Under the pieces are notes generated by a model. The model made no database searches, was not told where the DNA came from, and worked only from the letters and a program-made list of their open reading frames with translations. 64,000 bases of DNA from positions 1,145 through 65,144 of the forward strand of contig CAZOGU010000005.1 of the NCBI GenBank assembly GCA_964579625.1, in the 5' to 3' direction. Each line of letters opens with the position of its first letter. Within the stretch, counting starts at the first letter, position 1. Position numbers and translations under genes: made by a program. The stretch is from an uncultured Pseudobdellovibrionaceae bacterium (GTDB lineage Bacteria; Bdellovibrionota; Bdellovibrionia; Bdellovibrionales; JAGQZY01). Shown piece after piece: positions 37,961 to 48,841 of this stretch.

Positions 37961-38539
37961 TTATTCGAAGTCTTCCTCTTCGTCATCCATAGAGTCGACA
38001 TCGATGACTGGGTTGGATTTGATGAGTTTTTGCTTTTCGATTTTTTGAACCTTAATGACTTCTAAATTTTCATTCAATTCGACGGCATAGCCCATAGCTA
38101 GCGCTTTCTTTTTATACTCGGCTGCGAACTCTTTCTTTTGAATGACGTTCATTTGATCTGTTTTTTGCTCATTCAAGAGGCGTCGATTGATTTTGTTTTC
38201 TAAGCTCTCAACGGCCATACCACTCAATTCGGCTTCGCCGATATCTTTTGCTGCCGCACTCACTGAGGCCTCTAAACGGAGACCCTCATCTGGCGCGGGA
38301 GCGTTTTCCGAGGGGTGATACGCATCGCTGATTTGTGGTGCTTTTTTATAATTCTCAATATGAACTTTTTCGCGCTGAAGTTGTGACTTGGTTTGTTCCT
38401 GCTTGCGCGCCTTATCAACCTCACCATATGTCACCCTGTTTGGTGATGGAGATGAGGAGTTTTTTTGCCAAAAAATTAAGGCCAGAACGACCATCGCGCC
38501 CGCACCCAACATGAGATAGTTTTTATTGATTTTTTCCAT
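37961..38539 (-). CDS. N-terminally anchored hypothetical protein with acidic C-terminus
   Basis: One TM helix (LMLGAGAMVVLALIFW), then a charged region, ending in DVDSMDDEEEDFE. Confidence 0.5.
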   Translation of the reverse strand: MEKINKNYLMLGAGAMVVLALIFWQKNSSSPSPNRVTYGEVDKARKQEQTKSQLQREKVHIENYKKAPQISDAYHPSENAPAPDEGLRLEASVSAAAKDIGEAELSGMAVESLENKINRRLLNEQKTDQMNVIQKKEFAAEYKKKALAMGYAVELNENLEVIKVQKIEKQKLIKSNPVIDVDSMDDEEEDFE

Positions 38540-38557
38540 AAGTGCTTATCGGAGACT

Positions 38558-40468
38558 TTATTGATCTTCTAAAGCCGGAAACTGGAGCTCAAAAACGGTC
38601 CCTTTTCCGACCTCAGATTGGACTTTGATTTCACCACCGTGCCCTTTAACAATACCATAGGAAATACTCAACCCAAGTCCAGTTCCCTGCCCCACATCTT
38701 TGGTCGTATAGAAGGGGTCAAAGATTTTATCCATGTCCTCTTGGCGGATGCCGGTGCCGGTGTCGGCCACTTTGATGCTTACCATTTGCTCCTGCTTTAA
38801 ATAGCGCACTTCAATTGTGACTTGGCCTGAGGGTAAATGGATCGCCTGAAAAGCGTTGGAAATCACGTTCATAAAAACCTGGCTCACCTGGTTGGGGTTG
38901 CCAACGATCAGCGGAACAAACTCGTCGTATGTTTTTACAATTTTAATTCGCTCATTTTTGACAGCGCCTCGCAAAAGATCCAGAGTCGAATCGATACAGT
39001 CGGTCACGCTGAATTTCTTTTGGTCTTTGTCACTGGAACGGGAAAAATTTCTCAAACCCGTCACAATATCCCGCGTTCGGCGAGCCCCCTCTTCGCAAGA
39101 AGCAATCAGCTTGGGAAGGTCTTTCGCAATAAAGTCATAGTCGTATTTCTTTTTAATCTTCTCAAAATTTTCATTTTTCTTACTGAGATCCTGAATCATC
39201 GAAAGAAGTGAATCTGTGTATTCTCGCAAGTGTTGCATGTTGCTGTACACAAACCCGATGGGGTTGTTGAGTTCGTGCGCCACGCCGGCGACGAGCTGAC
39301 CCAGTCCTGCGAGTTTGGCCGATTGAATCAGTTGGTTTTGCGTGGACTGAACTTCGGTGTTTGCCTTTTCGAGATCTTGAATTTTGGCTTCGAGGTCCGA
39401 ACGATAACCGTAGATGGTCTGTGACATCTCGTTAAAACTTTCGGTCAGGAGTCCGATTTCAGTACGACTTTTACTTTCTACGTGGACCGGTTCGCTGTAG
39501 GTTTTCATGCGCTGCAAACCCTCCACCAGTTTGGTGAGCGGTTGAATAATTTGTTGGGTGAAAAAATAACTAAAAGCCAAAAGACAGAGAACTAAAAAAA
39601 CCAGAGCCACAAGGAGCATGGACATTACGCGCGATAAACTACGGGTTAAGGCATTTTTAGATGCGCCGATGGCAATTAAAAATTTTTGTCCCCCCCAAGA
39701 AACAACGGTGGAAATAAAACCAAAGCTTTGCCCACGCAGCGGAACATCAAAGAAGTGATCGTTTCCGCGAAGAAAATCTTTTGAAAGCTGTTCACGCGTG
39801 AACTGCTCGTCTGGCAAACTTGTAATAAAGACATCTCCCTTGGGGCCAAAAAAGATAATATCCAGGCCCTGCTGTGATTTAAGTTGTCGAGCCATTTCGT
39901 CCTCGAGAACAATCACCTTTTCGATGTATCCACTCCAATCAAGGCTCTCATCTTTAATTTTTTTAACAACACTCATCTGCAGCTGAACTTTGTTGTCTGA
40001 TGAAAAGTAAAAAGCGTGAGTGGTTGTGCTTTCACCCTCCGAAAGAGCAGCGACAATTTTACTGTCGATCGCGCTGGGGCCCGTGTTGGCAAAGTCGCGA
40101 CTGCCTGTTCGCAAAAGCAAAACTCCCTGCTCGTTATAGACAGCATATGCGGTGGGGATTTCTTCTTCGAGAATTTTTTTAAAATAAGTTTGAAGCTCAT
40201 CGATGGAAGACGTTTTAAGGAGATACAAAAAGGCTTTGTCTTCGGCGATTTCTTGAAGTCGCGTGCGCGAAAAGCTTTCGTACTCGTCAAACAGATCTTG
40301 CACTTGTTTTGTATAGACGATCAGGCGCTCAAAAATTTCCTTTTGAACTGCCGACTGAAATTGGCTTGCAAACAAAACCACAACGAGAATAAGCGGTAAA
40401 ACTGAAAAAAGAACAATCCAGCGTACAAAGAGCGTTCTGAGGGAAAGATATTTTTTTTCTGTTGGCAC
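38558..40468 (-). CDS. sensor histidine kinase (periplasmic sensor + HAMP + HisKA + HATPase_c)
   Basis: Two TM helices flank a sensor domain of about 250 aa. H-box VAHELNNPI, G1 DTGTGI and G2 GTGLGLS are present. Confidence 0.9.
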   Translation of the reverse strand: MPTEKKYLSLRTLFVRWIVLFSVLPLILVVVLFASQFQSAVQKEIFERLIVYTKQVQDLFDEYESFSRTRLQEIAEDKAFLYLLKTSSIDELQTYFKKILEEEIPTAYAVYNEQGVLLLRTGSRDFANTGPSAIDSKIVAALSEGESTTTHAFYFSSDNKVQLQMSVVKKIKDESLDWSGYIEKVIVLEDEMARQLKSQQGLDIIFFGPKGDVFITSLPDEQFTREQLSKDFLRGNDHFFDVPLRGQSFGFISTVVSWGGQKFLIAIGASKNALTRSLSRVMSMLLVALVFLVLCLLAFSYFFTQQIIQPLTKLVEGLQRMKTYSEPVHVESKSRTEIGLLTESFNEMSQTIYGYRSDLEAKIQDLEKANTEVQSTQNQLIQSAKLAGLGQLVAGVAHELNNPIGFVYSNMQHLREYTDSLLSMIQDLSKKNENFEKIKKKYDYDFIAKDLPKLIASCEEGARRTRDIVTGLRNFSRSSDKDQKKFSVTDCIDSTLDLLRGAVKNERIKIVKTYDEFVPLIVGNPNQVSQVFMNVISNAFQAIHLPSGQVTIEVRYLKQEQMVSIKVADTGTGIRQEDMDKIFDPFYTTKDVGQGTGLGLSISYGIVKGHGGEIKVQSEVGKGTVFELQFPALEDQ

Positions 40469-40472
40469 AGAT

Positions 40473-41567
<1,095 letters not shown>

Positions 41568-41621
41568 TTACAAAATAAGAGTCAATACGATGGTTTAAAC
41601 AGTTGGGCAGCTCGTCAATTT

Positions 41622-43259
41622 TTAACTTTTTGCCACGGCGCTCATTTCGCGTGCGATCAGCGTGTCGAGTTGCTGAATTTGTTCCTCAGTGCCCGCCCCG
41701 CCGACTTGGGCTTGGACAGATGCAAAATGTGAAGCAAGAGCCTTGGCATATCCTCGTCCATGATCTTTGCGAAATAAAAATAAGGGACTCCGTCGGCAAT
41801 AAAAATCAACAAGATTGAGACACATTTCATTCTCGATACAAAATTTGACTTCTGCCTGCCAAAGCCGCTCCTCTTCGGACCCCTCTTTGATGAACTTCAT
41901 CAACTGAAGCACTGTTCTTGCATCTTCGCCGCGGCGGTTGATTAAATATTCAACAGTTTTTAAAGAAACTCCGCTCTCTTCGGCCAGACTTTCTGCGCCC
42001 AAAGTGAGGCGTTCTATTCTTTCATGGGTTGCGCCAGGATTTAATGGCTGAGTAGTTTGCGGTTTTTGCAGCGCCATTCTTGCCTCAAAAGAAAAATCTC
42101 GGAGACAGACCTCCACAATTTCCTCAGCCATAGCACGGTACGTGGTGTATTTCCCCCCAGCAACGAGGGTGAGATGTGGTGCGGGCTTAAAAATTTGATG
42201 CTCGCGACTGGTTTTTCCTTCGGTGTTGGAACCATCTTGAACAAGGGGCCGCACGCCGCTGTAACAAGAAAGAATATCCTGTCTGCTTAATTGCAGATCC
42301 GGAAAATAATCATTGGTGACTTTTAACAAGTAGGTGACATCTTCGGGGTCAACAAGAACATCTTGAGGATTTTTTTTGAAATCTGTATCTGTCGTTCCAA
42401 CAATTACCACGTCTTCACGAGGGATCACAAAAACAATTCTCTCTTCCACAGCCATAACAATGGCCTGATTCACCGGAATCCGCTCGCGCGAGAAAAGAAG
42501 ATGGACGCCTTTGGTAGGACGTAAAACAGGCTTCCACTCAGGAAGCACTTTCTCGCCCAAAAGATCAGTCCATGGACCAACACAACCGACAAGATGTTTT
42601 GTGGAAACCTTGTGACGTCGGCCGGAGAGAGTATCGAGGACGTCGACGATATAACCCTCATCTGTTTCCGTGCAGCCCTCTACAGAAATGTAATTTGCAA
42701 TCTTCGCTCCTGCTCGATGCGCCGAGCGCAGTGTTTCGATGACGAGGCGATCATCCTCCATATAGGCATCCGAATAAATCACCGAACCCGTGAGGTCTTT
42801 TTGTTTCAGAAGTGGCTCTTTGAGCGACGTTTTATTTTTGAAATGAAATTCATGAATTTCGGGAGCTTCGAAAAATGAAAGAAGATCGTAAAGAATCATC
42901 CCGGCTTCCATTTTGACAAGACCCACGCGTGATGATTTATAAATGGGAATCATAAAGCGCAAGGGGTGAACCATGTGCGGAGCCATTTCCAAAAGGTTCC
43001 GGCGCTCCATGAGGGCTTCGTGAACCAAACCAAACTCAAAGTTTTCGAGATAACGAATGCCCCCGTGAACCAATTTGCTCGAACGTGAGCTTGTGCCAAA
43101 GGCAAAGTCGTGCGCCTCGAGCAAAAGAACCTTGAGACTGCGCTGAGCGGCATCGCGAGCGACACCAGCTCCCGTAATACCACCGCCAACCACCAAAAGA
43201 TCAACGGTTTCTTCTTGGAAAGAGTCGATGGCTTTTTGTCTGGCATGGGCATTGAACAT
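41622..43259 (-). CDS. glpD: FAD-dependent glycerol-3-phosphate dehydrogenase
   Basis: DLLVVGGGITGAGVARDAAQR and GTSSRSSKLVHGGIRYLE. The product is 545 aa. Confidence 0.88.
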   Translation of the reverse strand: MFNAHARQKAIDSFQEETVDLLVVGGGITGAGVARDAAQRSLKVLLLEAHDFAFGTSSRSSKLVHGGIRYLENFEFGLVHEALMERRNLLEMAPHMVHPLRFMIPIYKSSRVGLVKMEAGMILYDLLSFFEAPEIHEFHFKNKTSLKEPLLKQKDLTGSVIYSDAYMEDDRLVIETLRSAHRAGAKIANYISVEGCTETDEGYIVDVLDTLSGRRHKVSTKHLVGCVGPWTDLLGEKVLPEWKPVLRPTKGVHLLFSRERIPVNQAIVMAVEERIVFVIPREDVVIVGTTDTDFKKNPQDVLVDPEDVTYLLKVTNDYFPDLQLSRQDILSCYSGVRPLVQDGSNTEGKTSREHQIFKPAPHLTLVAGGKYTTYRAMAEEIVEVCLRDFSFEARMALQKPQTTQPLNPGATHERIERLTLGAESLAEESGVSLKTVEYLINRRGEDARTVLQLMKFIKEGSEEERLWQAEVKFCIENEMCLNLVDFYCRRSPLFLFRKDHGRGYAKALASHFASVQAQVGGAGTEEQIQQLDTLIAREMSAVAKS

Positions 43260-43267
43260 CTGAACCT

Positions 43268-43711
43268 CTACAACTTGGTGCTCGAAAAACTTCCCACTTC
43301 GATTGGGTTTTGAATTTTAGCAAATGTGGTCTCATTGACCGACTTTAATTCTGTATTGAAAAAAACTTTTTGTAAATGTTTGTCCCGCGCCCAACGGTAC
43401 GCCACTTCGATCATTTCATGAATATGCGCACTTTCTGTGCCCGCCACGTGCTCGATCCATAAACTTTGCGTCCAGCCTTCAAAAAATAAGAGCGGCTGAC
43501 AAAGAATGTACGCCACCAGTTGGCCATCGATCTTTTTACTAAACGACCATCCCAGGGGAAGGTAATGTTCCAGAGCTTCTTTGCGCCAGCGAGCATGCCA
43601 GGAGGCCATTTCTTTTTCAAAATCCGACCCCTCAAGATGCGCTCTTTCGAAGGACATGATTTCTTCTAAATTTTGTAGGGTTAAAATCTTTATTTCAGTC
43701 ACAGGAAACAC
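43268..43711 (-). CDS. hypothetical protein (possible GNAT-fold acetyltransferase)
   Basis: 147 aa with a weak GNAT-like beta-strand/helix pattern. There is no clear acetyl-CoA motif. Confidence 0.4.
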   Translation of the reverse strand: MFPVTEIKILTLQNLEEIMSFERAHLEGSDFEKEMASWHARWRKEALEHYLPLGWSFSKKIDGQLVAYILCQPLLFFEGWTQSLWIEHVAGTESAHIHEMIEVAYRWARDKHLQKVFFNTELKSVNETTFAKIQNPIEVGSFSSTKL

Positions 43712-43756
43712 CTTTTTAAGTTGTCTGCTTCTGCTGCAGAAGATATCCTTTGGCGC

Positions 43757-44518
43757 ATGATGGTCAAGGCTTTTTCACCGACTCTTTTAAAACAGATGCT
43801 CGATCCGATTGATGCATATCTCTCTCGTAATTCGGGGCCCCACTATGCCGCCTTTGACGCCGACGGAACCCTGTGGAACTCCGACGTGGGTGAAAATTTT
43901 TTCCAGTACCAGATGGATCATTGTGCGCTTCCTGCCCTGCAAGGCCTTGATCCCTGGAAACATTACTTAGCTCTGAAAAAAAAACATCCACCAGACGCCT
44001 ATTTGTGGCTGTCGCAAATCTGTCACCCTTATCCGATTGAGCAAGTTCGCACTTGGGCAAAAAATGCAATAGTGGCTCACCCTCTTGAGGTTCTAACTCC
44101 GCAAAAAAATCTCATTTCGGAATTGCTGCAACGAAAAATTCAAGTGTTTGTTGTGAGCGCCTCCACCCATTGGGCCGTAGAAGCCGCTGTCAACTTGGTG
44201 GGCTTGGATGCGACTTCGGCCGTGGGAGTGAAAACCAAAGTGGTTTCTGGAAAAGTGACGCTTGAACAGGATGGGCCGATTACGTGGCGCGAAGGAAAGC
44301 GCACAGCGCTTCTGGAAAAAGCAAACGGCGTCGCACCGCTTTTTTGCAGTGGTAATTCGTCAGGTGATATTCATTTGCTTGAATGTGCAAGCCTTGTGCG
44401 GCTGGCGGTGCAGACACAAACGGCGACCTCTCCACACGCTGCGCTTTTTGCCGACGAAGGAAAGCTTTTAGCTCTCGCTGAAGAGCGTGGGTGGTTGACT
44501 CATCATTTTTATGAGTAA
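43757..44518 (+). CDS. HAD-IB family phosphatase (SerB-like)
   Basis: DxDxT motif AAFDADGTLW and a late GNSSGD motif. I place the start at ATG 43757. Confidence 0.7.
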   Translation: MMVKAFSPTLLKQMLDPIDAYLSRNSGPHYAAFDADGTLWNSDVGENFFQYQMDHCALPALQGLDPWKHYLALKKKHPPDAYLWLSQICHPYPIEQVRTWAKNAIVAHPLEVLTPQKNLISELLQRKIQVFVVSASTHWAVEAAVNLVGLDATSAVGVKTKVVSGKVTLEQDGPITWREGKRTALLEKANGVAPLFCSGNSSGDIHLLECASLVRLAVQTQTATSPHAALFADEGKLLALAEERGWLTHHFYE

Positions 44519-44523
44519 GGCCG

Positions 44524-44546
44524 AGATCCTTCGCTGCGCTCAGGAT
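44524..44546 (+). repeat. dispersed repeat copy D
   Basis: AGATCCTTCGCTGCGCTCAGGAT, in the 32-nt gap between convergent genes. Confidence 0.75.
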
Positions 44547-44550
44547 CTTG

Positions 44551-44952
44551 TTACTGAGGAACTTCTTGGCACTTCTTATTAAGACATGCCACTTCTGATG
44601 GGCCGACGTACATGCAGTTACTAAACATTCCGTCACTCAACGCTTTGTACTCTTCTTTGAGTTTTACGTACTCTTTGACTTTGTCTTTTATCAATCGAAT
44701 GGACTTGTTTCTCTTCGAAAGAAGGAGGTAGAACTCTGGTCCTCCACAGGATTTTTTTCCTACCTCAATAGAAAAACATTCTTTTGTGGATTTACAGCTG
44801 AGATCCTCCTGCCGGAGTTGATCAATTTCCGTGTTCAAAGACTCAATCTTTGCTTTGAGGGTTTGTTTTTGGGCCTGTTCGGAGGACGCCTCTCCCGGAG
44901 GAGCCACTTCTGCGAAACTCAATTGAATGCAAAATAAAAAGACTGCGATCAT
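44551..44952 (-). CDS. small secreted Cys-containing protein
   Basis: Signal peptide MIAVFLFCIQLSFA, a coiled segment, then 6 Cys. Its ATG overlaps the pepP stop. Confidence 0.5.
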   Translation of the reverse strand: MIAVFLFCIQLSFAEVAPPGEASSEQAQKQTLKAKIESLNTEIDQLRQEDLSCKSTKECFSIEVGKKSCGGPEFYLLLSKRNKSIRLIKDKVKEYVKLKEEYKALSDGMFSNCMYVGPSEVACLNKKCQEVPQ

Positions 44953-46262
44953 GCTAATCCACCTTTGGCCATCACAGCCTCGATTTCATCAATCTCTTTG
45001 GGCGCCATACTTGTCATCACTTCATGCCCATTTGCGGTCACAAGGATATCATCTTCGATACGGATGCCAATGCCGCGATACTCTTTAGGAACAGTGTCAT
45101 CATCGGCGGGAACGTAAATGCCTGGCTCGATGGTAATCACCATCCCCTCTTCGAGAAGGCGAGATTGACCATTCACTTTGTAAAGACCCACATCGTGAAC
45201 ATCCATTCCCAAAAAGTGGCCGATGTTGTGAGGATAGTATTTGCGATACGCCAGAGAATGAATGTTTTGATCGACGGTTCCTTTTAAAAATCCCATCTCG
45301 ATCAGCTCTTGAGTGAGTTGCTTTCGAGCCGCCTCTTGGATTTCTTCGTAGCGAATTCCCGGCTTCACCATGGTGATTAGATTTTTTTGCACCTTGAGCA
45401 CACGCGAATAAACATCTTTCTGTTCTTTGGAAAATTTGCCGTTCAGAGGATAGGTGCGAGTGATATCTGCCGTAAAATAATTTTTTTCAGCTCCCGCATC
45501 CACGAGCAAAAGATCGCCGTCCTTGCTTGGTGAATTATTATCGCGATAGTGCAGTATGGTCGCGTTGGCGCCCGCTGCGATGATTGAAAAATACCCCTCT
45601 CGGTGAGCTCCACGAGAGTAAAATTGATCAAAAAGAATGGCCTGGATTTCCTTCTCATTCATCCCCGCGCGCACTTTTTTCATCAGCTCGCGGTGGGACT
45701 CAGCGCTTAAGCGACACGCTTCGCGATGCCAATCTCGCTCTTGCGGGCTTTTTTTGTTTCGCATTTCCCCAATCACTTCTTTTGGATCATGAATGGGTAG
45801 CATGCCGCGCCCAGAACGACCCAGTGTCGTGATAAACTCCTTGATCGCGCGCAAGACGACCCAGTCCTTTTCTGAACCCTCAAGTTGATAGTAGACGTTA
45901 TCGACACCGGCAAGAAATGTCGGAAGAAGCTTTGAGAACTCTTGAATATCGTAGGATTCATCCGCACCAAAAACAGACTTCGCGCCCTCAAGCCCATATC
46001 GAAAGCCATCCCAAATTTCTTTTGCTGGATCGCGGGGACGAACAAACAGGCGATAGGGATTTTTTTGTCCGGGCAAAAAAACACAAATGGACTCTGGCTC
46101 TTCAAAACCTGTCATGTAAACAAAATCACTAGCGACGCGAAAACGCTCCCAGCCTGATTCACTTCCGGAAAATAAAATCAACGCCGAGTTGGGAGCTTTT
46201 TTTGCAAATTCGTTTCGACGATTTTGAAACTCTTGTAAGTTTTGAAATGTTCTGTTCTTCAA
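44949..46262 (-). CDS. pepP: Xaa-Pro aminopeptidase (M24B)
   Basis: HNIGHFLGMDVHD and GIRIEDD motifs. I place the start at TTG 46262, 6 nt after AGGAG. The track ATG at 46394 would overlap the upstream gene by 116 nt. Confidence 0.88.
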   Translation of the reverse strand: MKNRTFQNLQEFQNRRNEFAKKAPNSALILFSGSESGWERFRVASDFVYMTGFEEPESICVFLPGQKNPYRLFVRPRDPAKEIWDGFRYGLEGAKSVFGADESYDIQEFSKLLPTFLAGVDNVYYQLEGSEKDWVVLRAIKEFITTLGRSGRGMLPIHDPKEVIGEMRNKKSPQERDWHREACRLSAESHRELMKKVRAGMNEKEIQAILFDQFYSRGAHREGYFSIIAAGANATILHYRDNNSPSKDGDLLLVDAGAEKNYFTADITRTYPLNGKFSKEQKDVYSRVLKVQKNLITMVKPGIRYEEIQEAARKQLTQELIEMGFLKGTVDQNIHSLAYRKYYPHNIGHFLGMDVHDVGLYKVNGQSRLLEEGMVITIEPGIYVPADDDTVPKEYRGIGIRIEDDILVTANGHEVMTSMAPKEIDEIEAVMAKGGLA

Positions 46263-46278
46263 CGAAGACTCCTGGTTT

Positions 46279-47250
46279 TTAAAAATTATACTTGTTTTGA
46301 ATTTGCTGTATGGACGCAGCTGTTCCCTGTTTACCAAGCTGAATAAGGCGAAGACGTTGGCCCAAGTCCGACATTTTGTATGTAGATGTGTCAATCGTGA
46401 TCATCTCGTGGACACCCATCACTCGAGCATTTTTTATCGCATTAAGGACCGGCGACCAGGCCAACCAATTCCACTCGGACTCATCCCAATCCGCAAACTG
46501 CTTTTTATCAGCACTCTCCAAGACGTTAATAAAGAGAATCAGCTCTGCGCCTTGAGAACGAACAAACTCAACCGCTTCGGCAACGGCAAATGGTGCGGCC
46601 ATGGAATCACTCATCGGAAAGATGGGTGGGTACTGCCAGCACGCCCTCAAATTAACTCGCGCAGATCCTTTGGTCGCCATAGAAACGCGACCTGCAGGGC
46701 CTCGAATGTAGGGGCAAGCAAAGGGCACTTTGCTTTGTTCGAAACGCACATCCGAAAAAACTTTTTGCAAGTAAGCATTAAATTCTTTTTCATCTGTTGC
46801 GCGCATTTTTTGTGAAAATAAATTTTTACTTGAAAAACTAAATTTAGGAAGTTGCGAAACCTTCCAATCCACTTCATGGCTCTGTCCATTCATCGCATAA
46901 AGTGCGCCAATAAGCGCGCCCCACTCAAGACCGGCAACCGCCGCGATCTCGATTTTATTTTTTTCGAGTTCTTGCAGAACTCCAATTTGTGCAATGGCTT
47001 TCGCACCACCAGGACCTAAGATTACGCCCACCTTAGGAGCTCTCTCGCCAACAAACTGGGGGACGTGAACTTGCGCTCCACCGCTGGGTTGAGACGACGA
47101 CTCTGGCCCCTTATTCGGCATTTGAATCACTGGGTCTTGAGGAGCCATAACCGGGCCCGTTTGACAGCCAAAAAGTAAAAAACCAAACGCAATGATAAAG
47201 CCGCGTTTAAGATTTTTTTTGCAAATAAATAAAGTGCTCTTGATTGCCAT
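46279..47250 (-). CDS. patatin-like lipoprotein with substituted nucleophile motif
   Basis: Lipobox LLFGCQ and oxyanion block ILGPGGAKAIAQIGVL. The expected GxSxG block reads AGLEWGALIGALYA, with Glu in place of Ser. Confidence 0.7.
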   Translation of the reverse strand: MAIKSTLFICKKNLKRGFIIAFGFLLFGCQTGPVMAPQDPVIQMPNKGPESSSQPSGGAQVHVPQFVGERAPKVGVILGPGGAKAIAQIGVLQELEKNKIEIAAVAGLEWGALIGALYAMNGQSHEVDWKVSQLPKFSFSSKNLFSQKMRATDEKEFNAYLQKVFSDVRFEQSKVPFACPYIRGPAGRVSMATKGSARVNLRACWQYPPIFPMSDSMAAPFAVAEAVEFVRSQGAELILFINVLESADKKQFADWDESEWNWLAWSPVLNAIKNARVMGVHEMITIDTSTYKMSDLGQRLRLIQLGKQGTAASIQQIQNKYNF

Positions 47251-47986
47251 CTTCTCCCCTCAACGCCGACGGGCGTGAGCCTAGGACCGTCTTGCCACTG
47301 TCTGCTAATGTTGTAACTGTTTTTTCTAAAACACGCAAACCTTCAGCATCATCCACGAGCCCTTTTTTATCGAGACTTAAAGCTCCCGCTTCGAACTGTG
47401 GTTTAAACAAAATGACCGCCTTGCCCCCAGGCTTTAACAGCCGCCATTGCGCCTCCACCACCGGCAACATCGATATAAACGAGACATCCACAACCATGAG
47501 GTCAAAAAGATGAGGCCCCTTGGTGTTGCCAAAAAAGTCGCTCAACACTTCACTGCTGAGAGGATTTTTAGCATTCCATTTTTCCAGTGAATAGAGTTGC
47601 GAATGGCCTTGCAGCCGTGCATGCAGCTGAGAGTGACCCACGTCGATCCCTAAAATACGACGCGCGCCCTTTTGCAACAAACAATCACTAAAGCCCCCCG
47701 TAGACAGGCCCACATCTAAAACCACAAAATCTGATACGTCCATCTGCCACTCTTCGAGAGCCTGATGGAGTTTCGCCCCGGCGCGCGACACATACTGAAA
47801 CTCAAGATCAGTGATGATGCGCCAGGTGTCTGTCGGCAAAAACGAAATCTCTTGTGAAACTTTTTGTATTTTTATTTCTTGCTGATGACGGACCAAAAAG
47901 ACCAGTCCCTTTTGAATAGCCACTTGCGCTTTTTTGCGTGATTCAAAAACACCTTGTTCAAACAGAACGACGTCGGCGCGTTTCAC
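47207..47986 (-). CDS. tlyA: TlyA-family rRNA 2'-O-methyltransferase (S4 + FtsJ)
   Basis: S4-like N-terminus KRADVVLFEQGVFESRKKAQ and the SAM motif VLDVGLSTGGFSD. Confidence 0.85.
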   Translation of the reverse strand: MKRADVVLFEQGVFESRKKAQVAIQKGLVFLVRHQQEIKIQKVSQEISFLPTDTWRIITDLEFQYVSRAGAKLHQALEEWQMDVSDFVVLDVGLSTGGFSDCLLQKGARRILGIDVGHSQLHARLQGHSQLYSLEKWNAKNPLSSEVLSDFFGNTKGPHLFDLMVVDVSFISMLPVVEAQWRLLKPGGKAVILFKPQFEAGALSLDKKGLVDDAEGLRVLEKTVTTLADSGKTVLGSRPSALRGEDGNQEHFIYLQKKS

Positions 47987-47995
47987 AAAAAATCC

Positions 47996-48841
47996 CTACT
48001 TCTGACGTTCGCGATTGTATTCAAAAAAACGCGCGAGGCTTTGATACGATGGAGATAGCCGCGAAAGCCTCTGAAGCCCAAGCTGAGTTTGCTCTTCAAG
48101 TGCTTTTTGTGTTTTATCTGTGCCCAGAAAATGGAGATAGCTTTTGGGTGATAGATCTTGCTCAACATCGAGAAGATCGTCTTTGATTTGAAAACACAAC
48201 CCTAAACAAAGACCTAATTCTTTTAGATGCTGTCGAATCTCCGAGGAGCTGTTCTGAACAACCGCCGCCCCCTCAAGAGCCACCGCAATCAAGGCGGCTG
48301 TTTTTGCAAGATGGACTCGTTCAACCGCGGCCACGTCCGAAAGTGTTGCTCCTAAGTTCATATCCATGGCCTGACCGCCGACCATGCCACTTAAGCCTGC
48401 GGCAGACGACAAGAGCCCGACAAGTTCCTGCGCCACTTTGGGCTCGTTTCTGTAGGAATCACTGAGAATAAAAAAACTTTCTGTCAATAGCGCGTCGCCA
48501 GCCAACAGCGCTAAGGCTTCGCCAAATTTTTTGTGGTTTGTCGGCAGTCCTCTGCGCTCATCATCGTTGTCCATGCAGGGCAGATCATCATGAATGAGAG
48601 AGTAGGTGTGCACCATTTCGATCGCTGCTGCGAGAGGAACGGCTTTTGGTTCGACCATTAAACAGAGCGCTGGTCGAAATCTTTTGCCGCCCGAAAAAAG
48701 TGAGTACTCGATTGATTCTAAAAGCTGGGGCGATAATTTGGTGGCCTCACGACTGCGATGCTTGAGATGATTTTTAATAAAGGCGTCCACGACCTCTGTG
48801 GTATCGAGCACTTCGCAGCTGTTAAAAAAATCTGAACTCAT
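47996..48841 (-). CDS. ispA: farnesyl diphosphate synthase (polyprenyl synthetase)
   Basis: First Asp-rich motif LIHDDLPCMDNDDERRG and second motif FQIKDDLLD. Confidence 0.9.
   Translation of the reverse strand: MSSDFFNSCEVLDTTEVVDAFIKNHLKHRSREATKLSPQLLESIEYSLFSGGKRFRPALCLMVEPKAVPLAAAIEMVHTYSLIHDDLPCMDNDDERRGLPTNHKKFGEALALLAGDALLTESFFILSDSYRNEPKVAQELVGLLSSAAGLSGMVGGQAMDMNLGATLSDVAAVERVHLAKTAALIAVALEGAAVVQNSSSEIRQHLKELGLCLGLCFQIKDDLLDVEQDLSPKSYLHFLGTDKTQKALEEQTQLGLQRLSRLSPSYQSLARFFEYNRERQK

Noticed and set aside
37860-38048. 62-aa plus-strand ORF in the structured spacer
   Set aside because: It has no RBS, its second half is antisense to the 192-aa gene, and its first half is the GC-rich hairpin region.
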